64,000 bases of DNA, from contig OZ037770.1 in assembly GCA_964035545.1 (NCBI GenBank), positions 3,628,662 to 3,692,661 on the forward strand. The letters run 5' to 3'. The stretch's first letter is position 1, and every line of letters starts with the position of its first letter. The translations under genes were made by a program, and so were the position numbers. This DNA comes from Bugula neritina (Eukaryota > Animalia > Bryozoa). This document shows, piece after piece, positions 26,422 to 39,998 of this stretch. The notes under the pieces were generated by a model, which was given only the letters and a program-made list of their open reading frames with translations, was not told the origin of the DNA and did not search any database.

Positions 26422-27389
26422 TATAAAGGTACCAAATTGAAAAATAGGTTTAACAGCTGGAAATAGTCTGCAACTAGATACGAGTTTTCTTTATAAACAC
26501 CAGAAGACAATAAATTTCTATTCAGTGTTGAAAGCGCATGCACCAGAATAAAGATTAGAAGCTTTCCTACCAATGAAAAGGGGATAAATCTAGTATATAA
26601 TCATCTATTATAGCTCTAAATGGACCAGAGCTAAGTGACATCATTACTATATTCTATTACACTAGAAGTATTAAACTTCATAAAAAGTTTTTGCATAAGA
26701 CAATAGATATGGATAACTATACTGAAGTTAATAGATATATTATACTAGCCTACATATATCTAACTGAGCTACTTATAGCAATAGTGCAGTGTGAATTGTG
26801 TGAATACTACTACAGTGTTCAGTAGTAACAGAGTAAACTATAAGTCTCATTTGCTGGCGTACTTTGATTATATTTATAATATGCTGTGCATAATACAAGT
26901 ATTTCAAACAAATTTTACAACTACTCAGATACTATTTGACAGAATAGATATTTCCTATGTTTTGTCATAGACCGGTAAAAATAACTACTTTTTGCTGTAG
27001 GCCACTTTAAAAGACTAGCTACTATATATTAGTTTTATGTTGATTGACAATTGTAATTTTAATTTATCTGAGCAACTGAAAGCCCAAATTTAATAGTTAT
27101 TTATTAATATTTTGCCGATAAGTTCTATTTCTTGTACATTAGCGTGGAACCTATTGGCTGGCAACGTGGATAGGCTATAATTTGCTTTAAGGGTGACTTA
27201 TAGTCAATATTCAATAGAATAAAACTGTTATAAAGTATTTTATTGAAATATTTTGTGTACCAGCCAAAATGCTTTGACAGTTGTACCCTAAACTATTTAA
27301 AGAGTACAATGCTAAATGGTGGGAACCAAGTACTTTATTTCTAAACTGTAGGATAAATAGAGCAAGCTACAAAATAAAATATTTTAATA

Positions 27390-27575
27390 GCTTCAGTTGT
27401 TGCCTCTCCAGTTATATTTCAATGAACTAACTATTGTATTGGAAGCAAGCACAGCTTTTACAGATGGTCACAACTGTTATTAGAGCATAGCCACTTTATA
27501 ATTGACATTTTCCTGTGAAACGTGTAAAACATCTAAAGAGCTTTTGTGAAAATAATCTTAGACTACAAATTTAAA
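27390..27575 (+). pseudogene. Possible remnant of an EnSpm accessory (SAMD3-like) ORF
   Basis: LQLYFNELTIVLEASTAFTDG / VTTVIRA*PLYN*HFPVKRVKHLKSFCENNL resembles the F.DA...YY.FNL.YP......L.F.E motif. Confidence 0.3.
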
Positions 27576-28384
27576 GCAAGAAATACATCATTTATGATGT
27601 GAAAAGTGATTTCTACATTTTGATTAAATTTGTTTGGTTGACTAAAAGTTTTAGGTTTCTAAACAAGGATGGTCAGCACTAGCATTTGCAATATAATTTT
27701 ATGTCTCTTGGCATATTTTCTAAAAAACCCCAAAGAAATATAATATTATCAATTTATGAAGTATGAAGTGTTATGTTTTTTAAATAAAAACACTTTGCAA
27801 CTTGTAAGTTAAAATTTTTATGAAGTGCTTATTCTTATTCTTTATACTATAGTAGTTGAAGCTTGTGAAGTAATATTTCCTTTGACATCCTTTTTTCTCA
27901 GAGCAACATTAAAAATCTTCAATGAGAGTGTTTGCCTATACAGGGACAAACAACTTTAGAAGTAAATAAAACTCTTAGAACTACAAACACATCTTAGAAA
28001 GATGGGTTTTGGGTTCATGAAAGCTACAAATGCTTATGTTTACTTTCACCAGCCAACTACTAATTTCAAGAAAGAATGCCTTTGTTTGCAGTGCTTTAAT
28101 AACAACACCTGTATCATGTACCCCAGATGGGGTGATAGGCAAATACTGGTCTGTAACATACCATACACAAAGTTAATGTACATGAATGACATTTATCCAT
28201 TGTACATTTTACTTTTAGGTTTTACAAATAAAAATATATTACATCAAATTTTCTCAACAAATCAGTTTTTGCATAAACTAGTGAATTTATCTTACATTGC
28301 CTATATTTTCACCAACTGATAGATAAAATTTGAACAATGGCGGTTAGAACAAACCCATCATATAGATGCACTGAGCATGAAAAA

Positions 28385-29772
28385 CGATTTCATCCCAGTT
28401 AGTCGATTTTTTATTTTGGTACGATATATATAACAATATACAAATATAACTGCTGCATTTACTGCTGAACATTAAATAAACTACCAAGCCAGCTATTTGT
28501 TTTAACTCAATACTAGTTTAGCTACAGTATATTTTAGTCAGAATAACAGAGTAAAATGCACGAATGCATTTCGTGGTATATCGCGTACTGCTATATTGCA
28601 ACTTTTTCTTATTATATTTTGTCTATCTTTTACCTTTAAGTTTAAGGTTTGTGCAAGATGGCTTCTTATAGAAACATTGTTACTGTAAAAAGGCTTGCTG
28701 GTAGCTTCTTTACTTTCTATTGTGTGCTAAATAATAGCATAAAATACATATATTACTCTAAAATCTATAAATATTTATAAAATATATAAATAGAAGCTTC
28801 CCACGTAGACAGCATCTATGTGGGAAGCGTCTAAATAAGATGATACCTGGAAAACACACAGAAATAATCTGATTTAAACAACTTAAACTAAGTTATAATG
28901 CAGTTGAAATTACAGGTATTTTAGTATAGGATAAAGTGGTAGTATAGTATGCATATAAATTTGAAATACTCATGCCTTATTAGCTTTAAAATGTTTAGCC
29001 TTATCATGAAGTTTGAATCTACTGCATATATTTAGTTTTAACATATAATGAGAGTACAATTATTCAGTGCTGAATAGCTGGAAACGTCAGAATTGTAGCC
29101 AAGATTTATATTAATATTCAGTTTCGTGTCATTTGGACTAACGTTACTCTGGTTTCGTAGTTTTACTTTGGTCAGAGTTTAACAATAAGCTAAATGAGAT
29201 GCAATGCAGACTGTAAATACGACTTATAAGTATTTATTTATTTAGCAGAATAAACAGTAATGTATTCTATAAAGACTAAAGAAAATATGTGCATAAGATT
29301 TGCATACCACAACTTAGAATCATTTTGTTCCTATAACCAGCAATGTACAATCATGAGGAAACATGATATCATCTTAGACTAGAGTATTGTAGTGCTGGTG
29401 AGGTTTCATACCACTTGGACTATTTTTTTATTTTGGTACAATATATATAGTAATATGCAAACATGCTAAACATGAAACAAGGTACCAAGCCAGCTATTTG
29501 CCTTGACTCAATACTAGTTTAGCTACAGTTTATTTTAGTCAGAATAACAGAGTAAAATGCACGAATGCATTTCGTGGTATATAACGTACTGCTATATTGC
29601 AACTTTTTCTTATTATATCTTGTCTCTCTTTTACCTTTAGGTTTAAGGTTTGTGCAAGATGGCTTCTTATAGAAGCATGGTTACTGTAAATGGCTTGCTG
29701 GTGGCTTCTTGCTTTCTATTATGTGCTAAATAATAGTATAAAATACATATATTACGCTAAAACTTACAAATA
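28385..29772. repeat. ~380-bp direct repeat pair (28385-28772 and 29403-29772)
   Basis: Shared TACCAAGCCAGCTATTTG...GCACGAATGCATTTCGTGG...GTGCAAGATGGCTTCTT...AAAATACATATATTAC, about 90% identical by eye. Confidence 0.9.
28791..28833. other. 19-bp-stem hairpin
   Basis: TAGAAGCTTCCCACGTAGA-CAGCA-TCTATGTGGGAAGCGTCTA. Confidence 0.85.
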
Positions 29773-30286
29773 TGGAATAAGTGAGAACCGTCTAAGTAGA
29801 ATGACATCGCTGGTATATCTCACCATAATAACAAATTTTTTCAAGTTCAAGTGCGCGTTGCATGTTTCTAAAAATATTTGTAGCAAATTTTGCATATATT
29901 GAGCATAGAATTTATTAATACTTTAAAATATAATTGTGGCCGCACTGTTGAAAATTATGCATTTGAAAATGTTCCTCAAGGCTTACTGGGCTGCTTATAG
30001 CTGCAGCTGTTGCTGGTACAACGGACAATACATTCTGTCCTTGTTATTATAGCAACAATGAGTTATTAAATTTAGCATTTGGGTGATTATGTAACATTTT
30101 GGAACTTAGTATGAAACTAATGAATTAGCTAGCTGGCATATAATGGGTTTGTTTATAGTTGAGCTATTATTTAGAATTAGTAACACAAATTCTGAGTGAA
30201 ATATTCTAAGTTTTGTTCTTTGCTATAAGAAACTGTATCTACATTGTTTAGGAAAGCCCCCTGTGACAACTCCATGTAACAGATAG

Positions 30287-30430
30287 GGTGTCTGACAGAA
30301 ATGGCACAGGTACATGCATGAGCAATATTGGCACAATTAATAATGGTAAGGTAATAATGACAAATGAAAGAGTAGGTAAGATGTAACAGTGATGCTAAAT
30401 ATTTCCAAACCCCCAACTACCCACCGTTAC
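30287..30430. mobile_element. Left-arm fragment of the 15-bp-repeat MITE family
   Basis: GGTGTC...AAATGGCACAGGT...GGTAATAATGACAAATGAAAGAGTAGGTAAG. Confidence 0.6.
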
Positions 30431-31160
30431 CTGCAGCGTTGGTACTAATTAATTTAGTCTTACCAGTTTGAATAAAGTCTATGTTTCAATGCAAGAACCT
30501 AGGTCTTAGACCAGCAAGATGTATTTCAAACTGTAATTAAGAATAGATGGCAAGGTGAGCTGAAAGTTTTACATGCAGTCTTCAGTAAAAATTATTGGTA
30601 TAATCGTTTGTTGTACCCTTTATTATTAGAATTAGAAAATACAATTAGCCAGTAAACACTATACTACAATTAAGTATTAGAGGCTAAGGCAGTTTACAAA
30701 TATACTACTTTAAGTTAAAATTTTATTGGCTGGGATAGCACTGAGTTTTAGCAAAATAATCTTCACATGGTAATTTTTTATCTATGCTTCCTAATGTACA
30801 AAACATTTTTCAGAATAGTTTCTATAGCTACATTAAAGTGCAAGTTTGGTAAATAGTGTAAAGCTGCAAATAATTCCTAATAACAGCCTAGGTAGCATCT
30901 TTATTTAAACAAGCACATATACTATTAACTATAACCCTTAAAAGCATGCCAGAATGGGGTTGGTGGGTTAGCTTGCTAGAATAGCTTACTTTAAGATTGT
31001 AAATTCAACACATAAGTTTATGAATTTAACATCATCATTATCAAAATTCCAAATAAATATTTCATTCATGCTGTAATAACAAAGCAGCATGCATTTCAAG
31101 TTGGTAGGTACCCAGGTTAAAGATGGCAAGACTTGGTAATAATGGCACAAGCAATAATGG

Positions 31161-32229
31161 GGGGACGGTGCAATATTCTGAAGGTGCATTGCTCCTAAAA
31201 TGCATTAGTCCGAAAATTAGTAGAATTATTATTAGAATTAAAATTATTCATTGAACATTTCAAAAAGTTGCTCTGAGCAACAGGAAGATATGCAACATAG
31301 TTTTTTAAATTTTAGGTTAGGTGAGGCTTCATTTAGCAAGCCTGAACTCTTATATGCTAATAATTTTGCCCTTATCAGTTATCTACATATCTGGTAGAGT
31401 TGTTTTGTTTGGGGTATGGTGTGCGTGCAGCTTTGGTTATTTAATTTTAAGTAGCGTCCAAGATGTTTATCTTTTTTTGTCTTAAATGTTTGCATTTACT
31501 GATATTAAAAATACTTTTAGAGATTAAATGTGATATCAAATAATTAATTGCCAAGCCAGAAATTTACTATTTCATTGAATATACTAATAATTTTTTGGTG
31601 CCAAAACAAGATGCAAACTATTTTTTATAAACTATGAGGTAACCTTTTATCAAGCTTATCATAAATACAGTCCAGCAGACCCAAAATGTTTGCTTGGCTT
31701 TAATATTTTTACTTTAGTTTTTCAGTTAATAGTAAGCATATGAAAGGCCTATATAAGCTGACTGACATTAGCTAGAATAGAATTGCAGTCCCTATAGCCA
31801 TTGAACTGGCTATTTTGAGTTCATTGCCCATAGCTGTCATTTTTATATGAACTGTGAAATAAAAATACTAATTAAATTACCTTTGCAGAACACTCAGATG
31901 AAGAGATGAGGAGATACTAATTTATAGATTACTAATTACAGGCTTGCTAGCTGACAGGCTAGTGAATAGCTTGCTGTGTACTTAGTTTATGAGACAGCCA
32001 CAATAGAATGTTGATATATTATGTAGCCCTGATTGAAGCAGCATCGTAAAGTAATCTCAAGCTAAAAAAATTATAAGTAGGCCACACGTATGCCACCTAC
32101 AGCTAGCAATAATATAGCAAGATTGTGAGTGAAATTTATGATATTCTCAGCGATATAATACTATCTCTACTAATTTTAGGACTAATGCACCTTCGAAGCA
32201 ATGGGCCTTCCAAATATTGATTAATCACC
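31161..32229. mobile_element. Nested TIR element with 9-bp TSD (Mutator-like)
   Basis: ~60-bp TIRs (CAATATTCTGAAGGTGCATTGCT...CATTAGTCCGAAAATTAGTAG vs reverse complement at 32167-32229); flanks CAATAATGG / AAATAATGG. Confidence 0.7.
31900..32155 (-). repeat. Inverted diverged fragment of the 39999-40754 element
   Basis: TAATTACAGGCTTGCTAGCTG..AAATTTATGATATTCT is the reverse complement of 40027-40290. Confidence 0.8.
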
Positions 32230-35200
32230 AAATAATGGTACACTTTCAAAATTAGGGTTTTGGGTTTGGGATCGGAGTTTGGAATAGAGGTTTGAGTTTG
32301 GGGTTGGATTCCAAGGTTGGCGGCTTGGGTTTCAGGTGGGTGGTTTGGACTTGGGGTTTGAGAAAATTTTACATCAGTTTGTTATTTTTACCTAACTTTC
32401 CGTTTGTGCCATTATCACCTGTGCTATTATCACCTGTGCTATTTTTACCTGTGCCATTTTTACCTGAAATCATTGCAAGTGATTGGCTAAAAGAAGATAT
32501 ATATATGCACTAAAATTCAGTAGTAGAAAAAAATGTCTTGTCTCATTATGTGACAGATTGGTGTTTAGTGGTCATTATTTCAAATTAGTCCCATTGCTTC
32601 CAACTGAGGTAAACTAATAAACTACAAAAATATCACTCAGCTACGTAGGCCATATTAATGCTTTGCTTATGTAGTTTATACAACCAAATGTTTGCAGGAG
32701 CATGGTATATGTTTTTTGTTGAGTAGTAAACAAAGAGTTTAATGCTTATTCAAATGAAGGACTATTACATAATAATATTGTAAGAGCCTACTTAAATTTT
32801 AAGATTACATGGAAATAATGCATCAAAGCATAATATTTATAAGACTTATTTACTTAGGATTGAGATAAATATATAGCAGTAACTATCGACCTATAGTTTC
32901 AGTTCAGCGGCAGTAACTTATAGCTGTTGTTAGTTCCAGTAAAACAAAAGAGCAATGTTTAGACTAAGTTGCCCTGTTTAATAATACTATACCAGATGGT
33001 TACACATGGATATTTTGACCACTGGGTATATACTTTATATGCTTTACTTTCCAAGACTACTGGCTTTGGCTAAAACAGTTAAGCTACCATATATAACAAT
33101 TTCTAGTGAGGCAGCTAAGCAGCTTGTAGATAACCAATTTATAGTGGCAAAAATATAAATATAGCAATTAGCTATTTATATTTATGTTTAACTTTAGACC
33201 TGGACTTTGAAGACAATCTGCACTCTCTATTTATTAATTCTGGACAGCACCCTATTTTAAATAAAGACAATCTTTTAGGTTGACGTATAAATAGTTATAA
33301 TATATAGTTATATAACTCCAAATCCCAAACCTGACTAAAGCACCTTAAAAACCTAATAGTCAAGCAGCTTTAATAGTTACTCCAGCCTTGAATGCAAGTA
33401 GTTCATTCAGGAATGACTTTAGGCGCAACAAGTTGAGCTATGAGTTATGAACGGTTATTAGGATAAAAATTTAAAAACCAACTAACTTTACAACTGAATA
33501 AAAGTTGATCAATCATAGTTTTTTTAGCTAGCATTGTTATATAACATTATATTTGTGAGCCGTACATGAAAAGGTATCTATTGTATGTGATAATCATATG
33601 CTAACCTAATCGAAGTACTGTATATTTTGCCAAACACAATTTTAAATGAATTTCCATTATTTTAGTTGTACAACATATACCGGTAAATTACAAATATATT
33701 ATTTGATGAAAAATCTTTCAAGAGATCCATTGATGTATTAACTATTAAGACTGGTCTAATGATCAAAAAGTACTTTTATAAATGTTGGTGTTATAAAGTC
33801 TCCAAACCAACCCTGTTATTGAATCCATTCAATGCTATATAGTTCATAATAACAGTCCAGACATTATTCCTTTCAATTATTAGCAAATTTACGTATGATT
33901 CATTTAACCTTTTAACTTTTCAGAGTCATTGCGCTTAATTCTACAAGGCTGCCAAATAGCTAACTTTTTTAAGTTATAAAAACAATGCAAAATGTACTGC
34001 TAATTTTAGTATTCTGGTATTGAATTAAAAGTTATTAGCTGGCTTTGTAGCTTTTCATTTATTCAGATTTATTGTCTATAATGATCTATAAACTACTGAG
34101 GTGCATTTTTAACATTGCTTATATAAATCTTGAAGTAATTTGGTCTAAAGCTAAAACTTTAACATAGGCGGTATCGTTTGTACATTTAACCTGTGAATAA
34201 AAAAGTTTAAAAAGACATAATACATGTATCTGTGATCTGGGAAGGGTTAAGACATAAATTCAAATAAGTAAATTTAAATAATGCCCTAGTAGAATCAGTT
34301 ACTCAGCTTTTTTTAGATGCATGCAGTTTTCAATAGAAATTTTGGAATTTTATATGGTGAGATAATGAAATAAAGTTGTAAATTTCGACATCATTAAAAT
34401 AAACTGTGACTTTATAAACAAGCCAATCATTAAAAATTACATTTCAACTTTATCTCAAAAATTGCCAACAAATTGGAATAATTAGTCTATTAAATCAGTT
34501 TGACTCACTATTGGTGTGATTCACATACTGTGTGTACATAAAAAATTGTGTAAAACCAACAGTTTTGAGCCAATTTTTAAAAAATTGTTTAGTTATCAAC
34601 AAAATTTATGTACACCCATCAAATAATATTAATATTATATTTTGGTTCAAGCTGCTGGCACAAGTCATGTATCAACTTGGTAACATCTGTCTTTGCAATG
34701 TTATAATGGGGTATATGTGGTTATTTTGTTAGAGCATAAAATTTTTGCCTAAGTTTGATGCAAAATACTAAAATTTCAAAACTTCAGGCATCTGGTAATT
34801 TGCAATATTAAAGTTAAACATATTCTTAATTGGCAACATTTCTTCTAAACTTCTCCAAATAACCAGCACATAACCATGAATTTTCGCCATGCACTTATTC
34901 GATCCTGAAAATATGATACCATATTCTGAAACTTGCTCATAGCTTAAAGGTTAGTGTATACAGTGTATAATCTGTATACTGGCTATAAATTATAAGCTAG
35001 GTGTACAGTGGGTATTTGAACAAAGAAATTATTTCAATGCGGCGGTGTACTCGTAAGAAATTACTTAGGTGCACAAATAAAGCAAACTTTGCATAAAAGG
35101 AATAGCTTTTACTGAAAGGATTACATACAACAAGCCATAATTTCAGGCTATACAGAGCATTGTTGGCTTTTAATGCAAGCTAATAATACACTTTCTTTAA

Positions 35201-36239
35201 TAGCTGGTTGTAGAAAGACTTTCGAACTGCCCTTCCACAGGGGTTTATTTAAAGATTTGAAAAACATGGAGATTCGCCAAAATACAGGTTAGACCACTAA
35301 ACATATATTTGGTATCACTTACAAATGTAATAAGTTATCAGACGCAACTTAATAGAAAACTGTAATATTAATGAAGAATTACCATTATATATACTCAAGT
35401 TTATCTTTTAACTAACACTATGATCAGTGAGACTATAGTTATAAGTTAAACGTTAATTTATCATCCTTATAGTACTACTACTACTAGTACTACTATAAGA
35501 GGTGTAACTTAAAGTTAGACCAGTAGAACTATAGATATATTTAATTTCATTGTCTCAGTAGTTTTTAATTTAAAGCTAGAGGTCTCGAATCTCCCATGTT
35601 GAATTTAATTTCAAACTTTTAAACTTAAGAGTTAATAATATTAAAAATAATAATTGTATTATAGATGATAAATTGAAAATGTTTGTAAACTTATGTCTTA
35701 AATAAATGTAATGTCAAGTTATTGCTAATCTAATGTAAATGTATATATTCCTACATTAATTTTTAAAAGCAACTTATTTGCAAAATTTGTTTTTCAATCA
35801 AAAAAAATTTAGTTTCAATTAAATTTTATAGTCTATGTTAATATCAATATATATTATTATCTTATTATTTCATATTTGTAAGTTCACAAATTTTTCTTTT
35901 CAGATAATCCTTTTCACTACTTTGGTTATATTGATTACTCTAATATGGAAAAGCATTCTGACTCTGAAGTTGGAAAGAAGGATGCTAAGTAAACACTATA
36001 AAGCGCTAATTCTATTCATTACGCAAGTATTTTATATGACGTGGAATAAACGTAGCAGAAATAAAATGCACATGGTGATCATTTTTATCAATTTTATGAT
36101 TGTACAAGCATCTTGAATCTCTTCCATAAGCAACTATATTTAAGTACAGAGTCTTTTCAAAAGATTGTTGCTTTTTGTTCAATAAAACGTTTGTTGCAGT
36201 CTATTAAATGTGTATATTATTTGCAGGAAAACAAGTATG

Positions 36240-38030
36240 AATTTTCTTCAGGCTATTATCACACCTGTGACTACTTGAAGCTAATAAAAAATATCTAGGC
36301 CCGGCATCAACTAGAACTGCATAGGCGGATAGATAGGATTTCAGCAATTTCCAAGTATAATTTGGCTAAGAAGGTAATTTGTAATAGTACCAATTATGCA
36401 CATACTGTAAATTTGTGAAATGCACAAGTTCCACCATGTTTGATTAAATGGTGAGCACAACTCCCAACCATATTATTCTTGTAATGTTGGTGAAGCTAGG
36501 TACAATGCTTAGATTGCTTGCAATCTATAAATGATAATTATGAATACAGTCTTTTAAATTTTAAAAGCAACTATTGAAAGATAGTACTTTGCTTTTTTCT
36601 CATAGGTTATTGTAAAAAATTTTTCGAGTTGATTGAAAATTTTACATGTTTAAATTGATCATCAAGGTACTTAATGACTGCAATATTTCATTTTTCCATT
36701 AAATTACTTGTGCCATTATTAGTTATTACCTATGCCCTTTTAGCCTGTGCCAGTTTCATTAGACAGAGTGCATGATTACCTATTTTGAATTGAAGTTTCC
36801 TACCTTCTTCACAACATTTGTGCTGGTCATCATTACAGTAAAATTTACAATAAATTTTGGTTGCCTACTTACTCTTTAAAATCGCCTTAAATAACAACTT
36901 TGTTGTAGTCTTTGATTTAATCAAATGTTATGCATACTAATTCATTGTTTGAACATACATACTAAATAAAGGCAATCTTTCATGCTTTTATCTAGATATG
37001 CAGGTTGCACCTTTTCTTTGACAAATCAATTCTGTTTAATTGAACAAAAATCATCAAGTTATGGCATAGTGGTTAGTAGATCATACATAAATTAAAAGTT
37101 TCGTACCCACTTTATAAAGCTTTATTGGATAAATAACTCCAAAATACTGCTAATTTTTTCTAGAATAATTCAGATTATACTTCATATTGTGTTTATTATA
37201 AAACAAGCAATATGTGCTTGTAGATTATATCTGTTCATGCATGAGTGTCACGACACAGTGATTAACACATGCAATCAGCATAGTTGTGAACAAATTAATA
37301 GTTACCAGATAATTTTAGAGAAAAAACTTGAATATGAATTTGGCACAATTTATTTAACTCTGTGTGTATAATTGCTATTTATTCTTTAATTACTGAAATA
37401 TTAAATTTGCGACTTGGAGCCAAAGTCACTGATAAAATTTAAAGAAAGTTAATTAAAATGACAGTATAACCTACATCAAATTGAAGTTGTTTAATCATCT
37501 CCATAAATTTTATTCCTCAAATTATTCCAAGTTGCTGATTTTGCTCCAAGCAAGTAGTTTAAATAATAGAAATTTTATAACTCGAATACTGTACACATGC
37601 ATAATTAATGTTTTCATGAACAGAGTTATGCATTTTGCACCTAACTCCTTCAACCTATACCATTATAGTTTTTTCCAAAATATTCCTTTTTTGCCAGAAA
37701 TTAGTTTGTTAAAATCTATTTTAATTATTAGTTTAATCTGTGCATATTTTATTATTTGTAGGCTAAAAATAATAATTTCCCTTGAGCCATTCTCACACCT
37801 GTGATTACTTGATAAGAAAATTACCCAGGCTGTGCATCAAGAAGAACCAATCTATACCTTGCTTTCATTGAATGATAGGAGTTTAGCTATTTCCATGTAC
37901 TTGGCTATTTAGGTAAATTTATAGTCATACCAATGAAGTTATCTGTAATTTACACACTGTATATGAAGGAATGCACAGGTGCCACTATGTGAACTTATTG
38001 ATAGGTTGGTGAGCCCAGTTCTGATTATTT
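36240..38030. repeat. Old ~1.5-kb-period tandem duplication (36240-36480 ~ 37750-38030)
   Basis: Shared TCACACCTGTGA.TACTTGA, GCATCAA..AGAAC, GATAGGA.TT.AGC.ATTTCCA, AATGCACA.GT.CCAC.ATGT and GGTGAGC.CA. Confidence 0.7.
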
Positions 38031-38234
38031 GAAGCTTGTAATGTTTGAAAGTAGTATTTAACACATCACCTCTTGCCTTATAATATTGACCAAACTTTTC
38101 AAAAAGTTTAAAGTTTTAGTTAATAAATAAAAATAAATAAGTTATGCACTGATAATATTATTTAAAAAGTTAGGTCATTATATCAATAATTGTTTGAAAA
38201 GTGTAATATTTAGCAGTAAGTTATTGGAATTGAA

Positions 38235-39635
38235 CTGGAAGTTGCTTACCCATTTCCCCATTTTCTTGTTGGTCATTTTTATAGTAAAATGTGCATGAAT
38301 TAGAAGTTGCCCACCTATTTTCACAAGTTTCCAATTATTAGTCATCTTTATAGAACAGTATATATGAAGGTGAGGTCACCCACCTATGATCAGACATTAT
38401 TTTAATAATCATTATAGCAAAATGTAGGTTGAAGTTGCCTACCTATGTTCCAACTGTTTTGTTAGTCATCTTTTTAGTAAAACTAGCATAAAGTCAAGCT
38501 TGCACACCCAATTCCAAACACTATTGTTAGTCATTTTTATAGGTAAATGTACACAAAATTTATACTAAATTGAAGGTACCCACCAATCTCTGAACAATCT
38601 TTTTTATATTTATAGTGAAATGTAAAATAATTAAAAATACCCACCAATATCTGAACAGTTTTGCTTGCCATCTTTATAGTGAAATATACATAAAATTGAG
38701 GTTGTCCACCAATTTCTGAACACCCTTATTTGCCATCTGAATAGTGAAATGTACATAAAATTGAAGTTGCCTACCCATTTTCCAACTTTCTGTTAGTCAC
38801 TTTAATAGTGAAATGTACATAAACTTGAAGTTGCCCACCCATTTTCTAATTTTATTGCTGGTCATCTATGGCAAAATGTTCATAAACTTGAAGTTGCTCA
38901 CCCATTTTCCAATGTTCTGTTAGTCATTTTCATAGTAATATGTACATGAAATTGAAGTTGCCCACCCATTTAAATTTTTTTGCTAGTTATGTTTATAATG
39001 AAATGTAAATACAATTGAAGTTGGCCAGTCAATTACCAACTTTCTTGTTTGTCATATTATTTTATGGTGAGATGTACATAAACTTGAAGTTGCCCACCCA
39101 TTTCCTAATTTTATTGTTTGTCATATTTATGGCAAAATGTTCCTAAACTTGAAGTTGTCCATTCATTTTTCAATGTTCTGTTAGTCATTTTCATAGTAAA
39201 ATGTACATGAAATTGAAGTTGCCCACCCATCTAACTTTTTTGCTAGTTGTTTATAGTGAAATGTAATTAATACAATTGAAGTTGGCCAGTCAATTACCAA
39301 CTTTCCTGTTTGTCATATTATTTTATGGTGAAATGTACATAAAATTGAAGTTGTCCACGCATTTTCCAACTTTCTTGTTAGTCATTTTTATAATAAAATC
39401 TAAGTAAAATTGAAGTTGCCTGCCCATTTTAAGAACTGTCTTGTTTGCGATCTTTATAGCAAAACTTACATAAACTTGAAGTTGTCACCTATTTCTGATC
39501 ACCCTTGTTTGTCATTTTATAGTGAAATGCACATAAGGTCGAAGTTGCCTACCCATTTAGGAATACATCAAATTTTTTTGTCATCTTTATAGAAAAATAA
39601 ACAAAAATTTGAATTTGCCCATCCATTTTCACAAC
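38235..39635. repeat. ~64-bp minisatellite, about 22 units
   Basis: Consensus AAATTGAAGTTGCCCACCCATTTTCCAACTTTCTTGTTAGTCATTTTTATAGTGAAATGTACAT. Confidence 0.92.
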
Positions 39636-39998
39636 ATATTCTTAAACACGACTTCATTTTACTACAGTTTATATATACATTTACATTGAATGTTTTTTTG
39701 TTTTTAGTCGGTATTCTTGTTGCTTTGTAGGTGGTCACCATCTTACTGTAAAGAGCAGCAAGACTTTGAAGCCTTAAATATATATTTTGAGGAAAAGAAT
39801 GAGCAGACTGAATTCACAGTCTTCAGAAGCCTATATTCTGTAACATTAAGCCGGACCTCAATTTTGGATGAAGCTTAATAATTAGAAAGCTAAAATAACT
39901 ATTAATCTCCAAAGCGTAAATAAAGCCCATTGCTAATGTTCAGCTTTGGATATAAAGGGTTTAGCGTTCTAAAATGATAATTTGTATTATTCCGTTTA

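Larger units (their letters stand above)
31107..32471. mobile_element. 15-bp-repeat MITE split by a nested insertion
   Basis: Left arm 31107-31160, GGGTTT-rich core 32250-32360, right arm (TGTGCYATTWTYACC)x4 at 32404-32471. Confidence 0.65.

Noticed and set aside
32250-32360. Interstitial telomere
   Set aside because: Irregular GGGTTT-like runs forming the core of a MITE family also seen at ~20130 and ~30405.
33903-34250. piggyBac-like MITE (TTAACC...GGGTTAA)
   Set aside because: The inverted match does not extend beyond a few bases.
38235-39635. CRISPR array or coding repeat
   Set aside because: The whole ~64-bp unit repeats with no unique spacers, and unit length varies out of frame.
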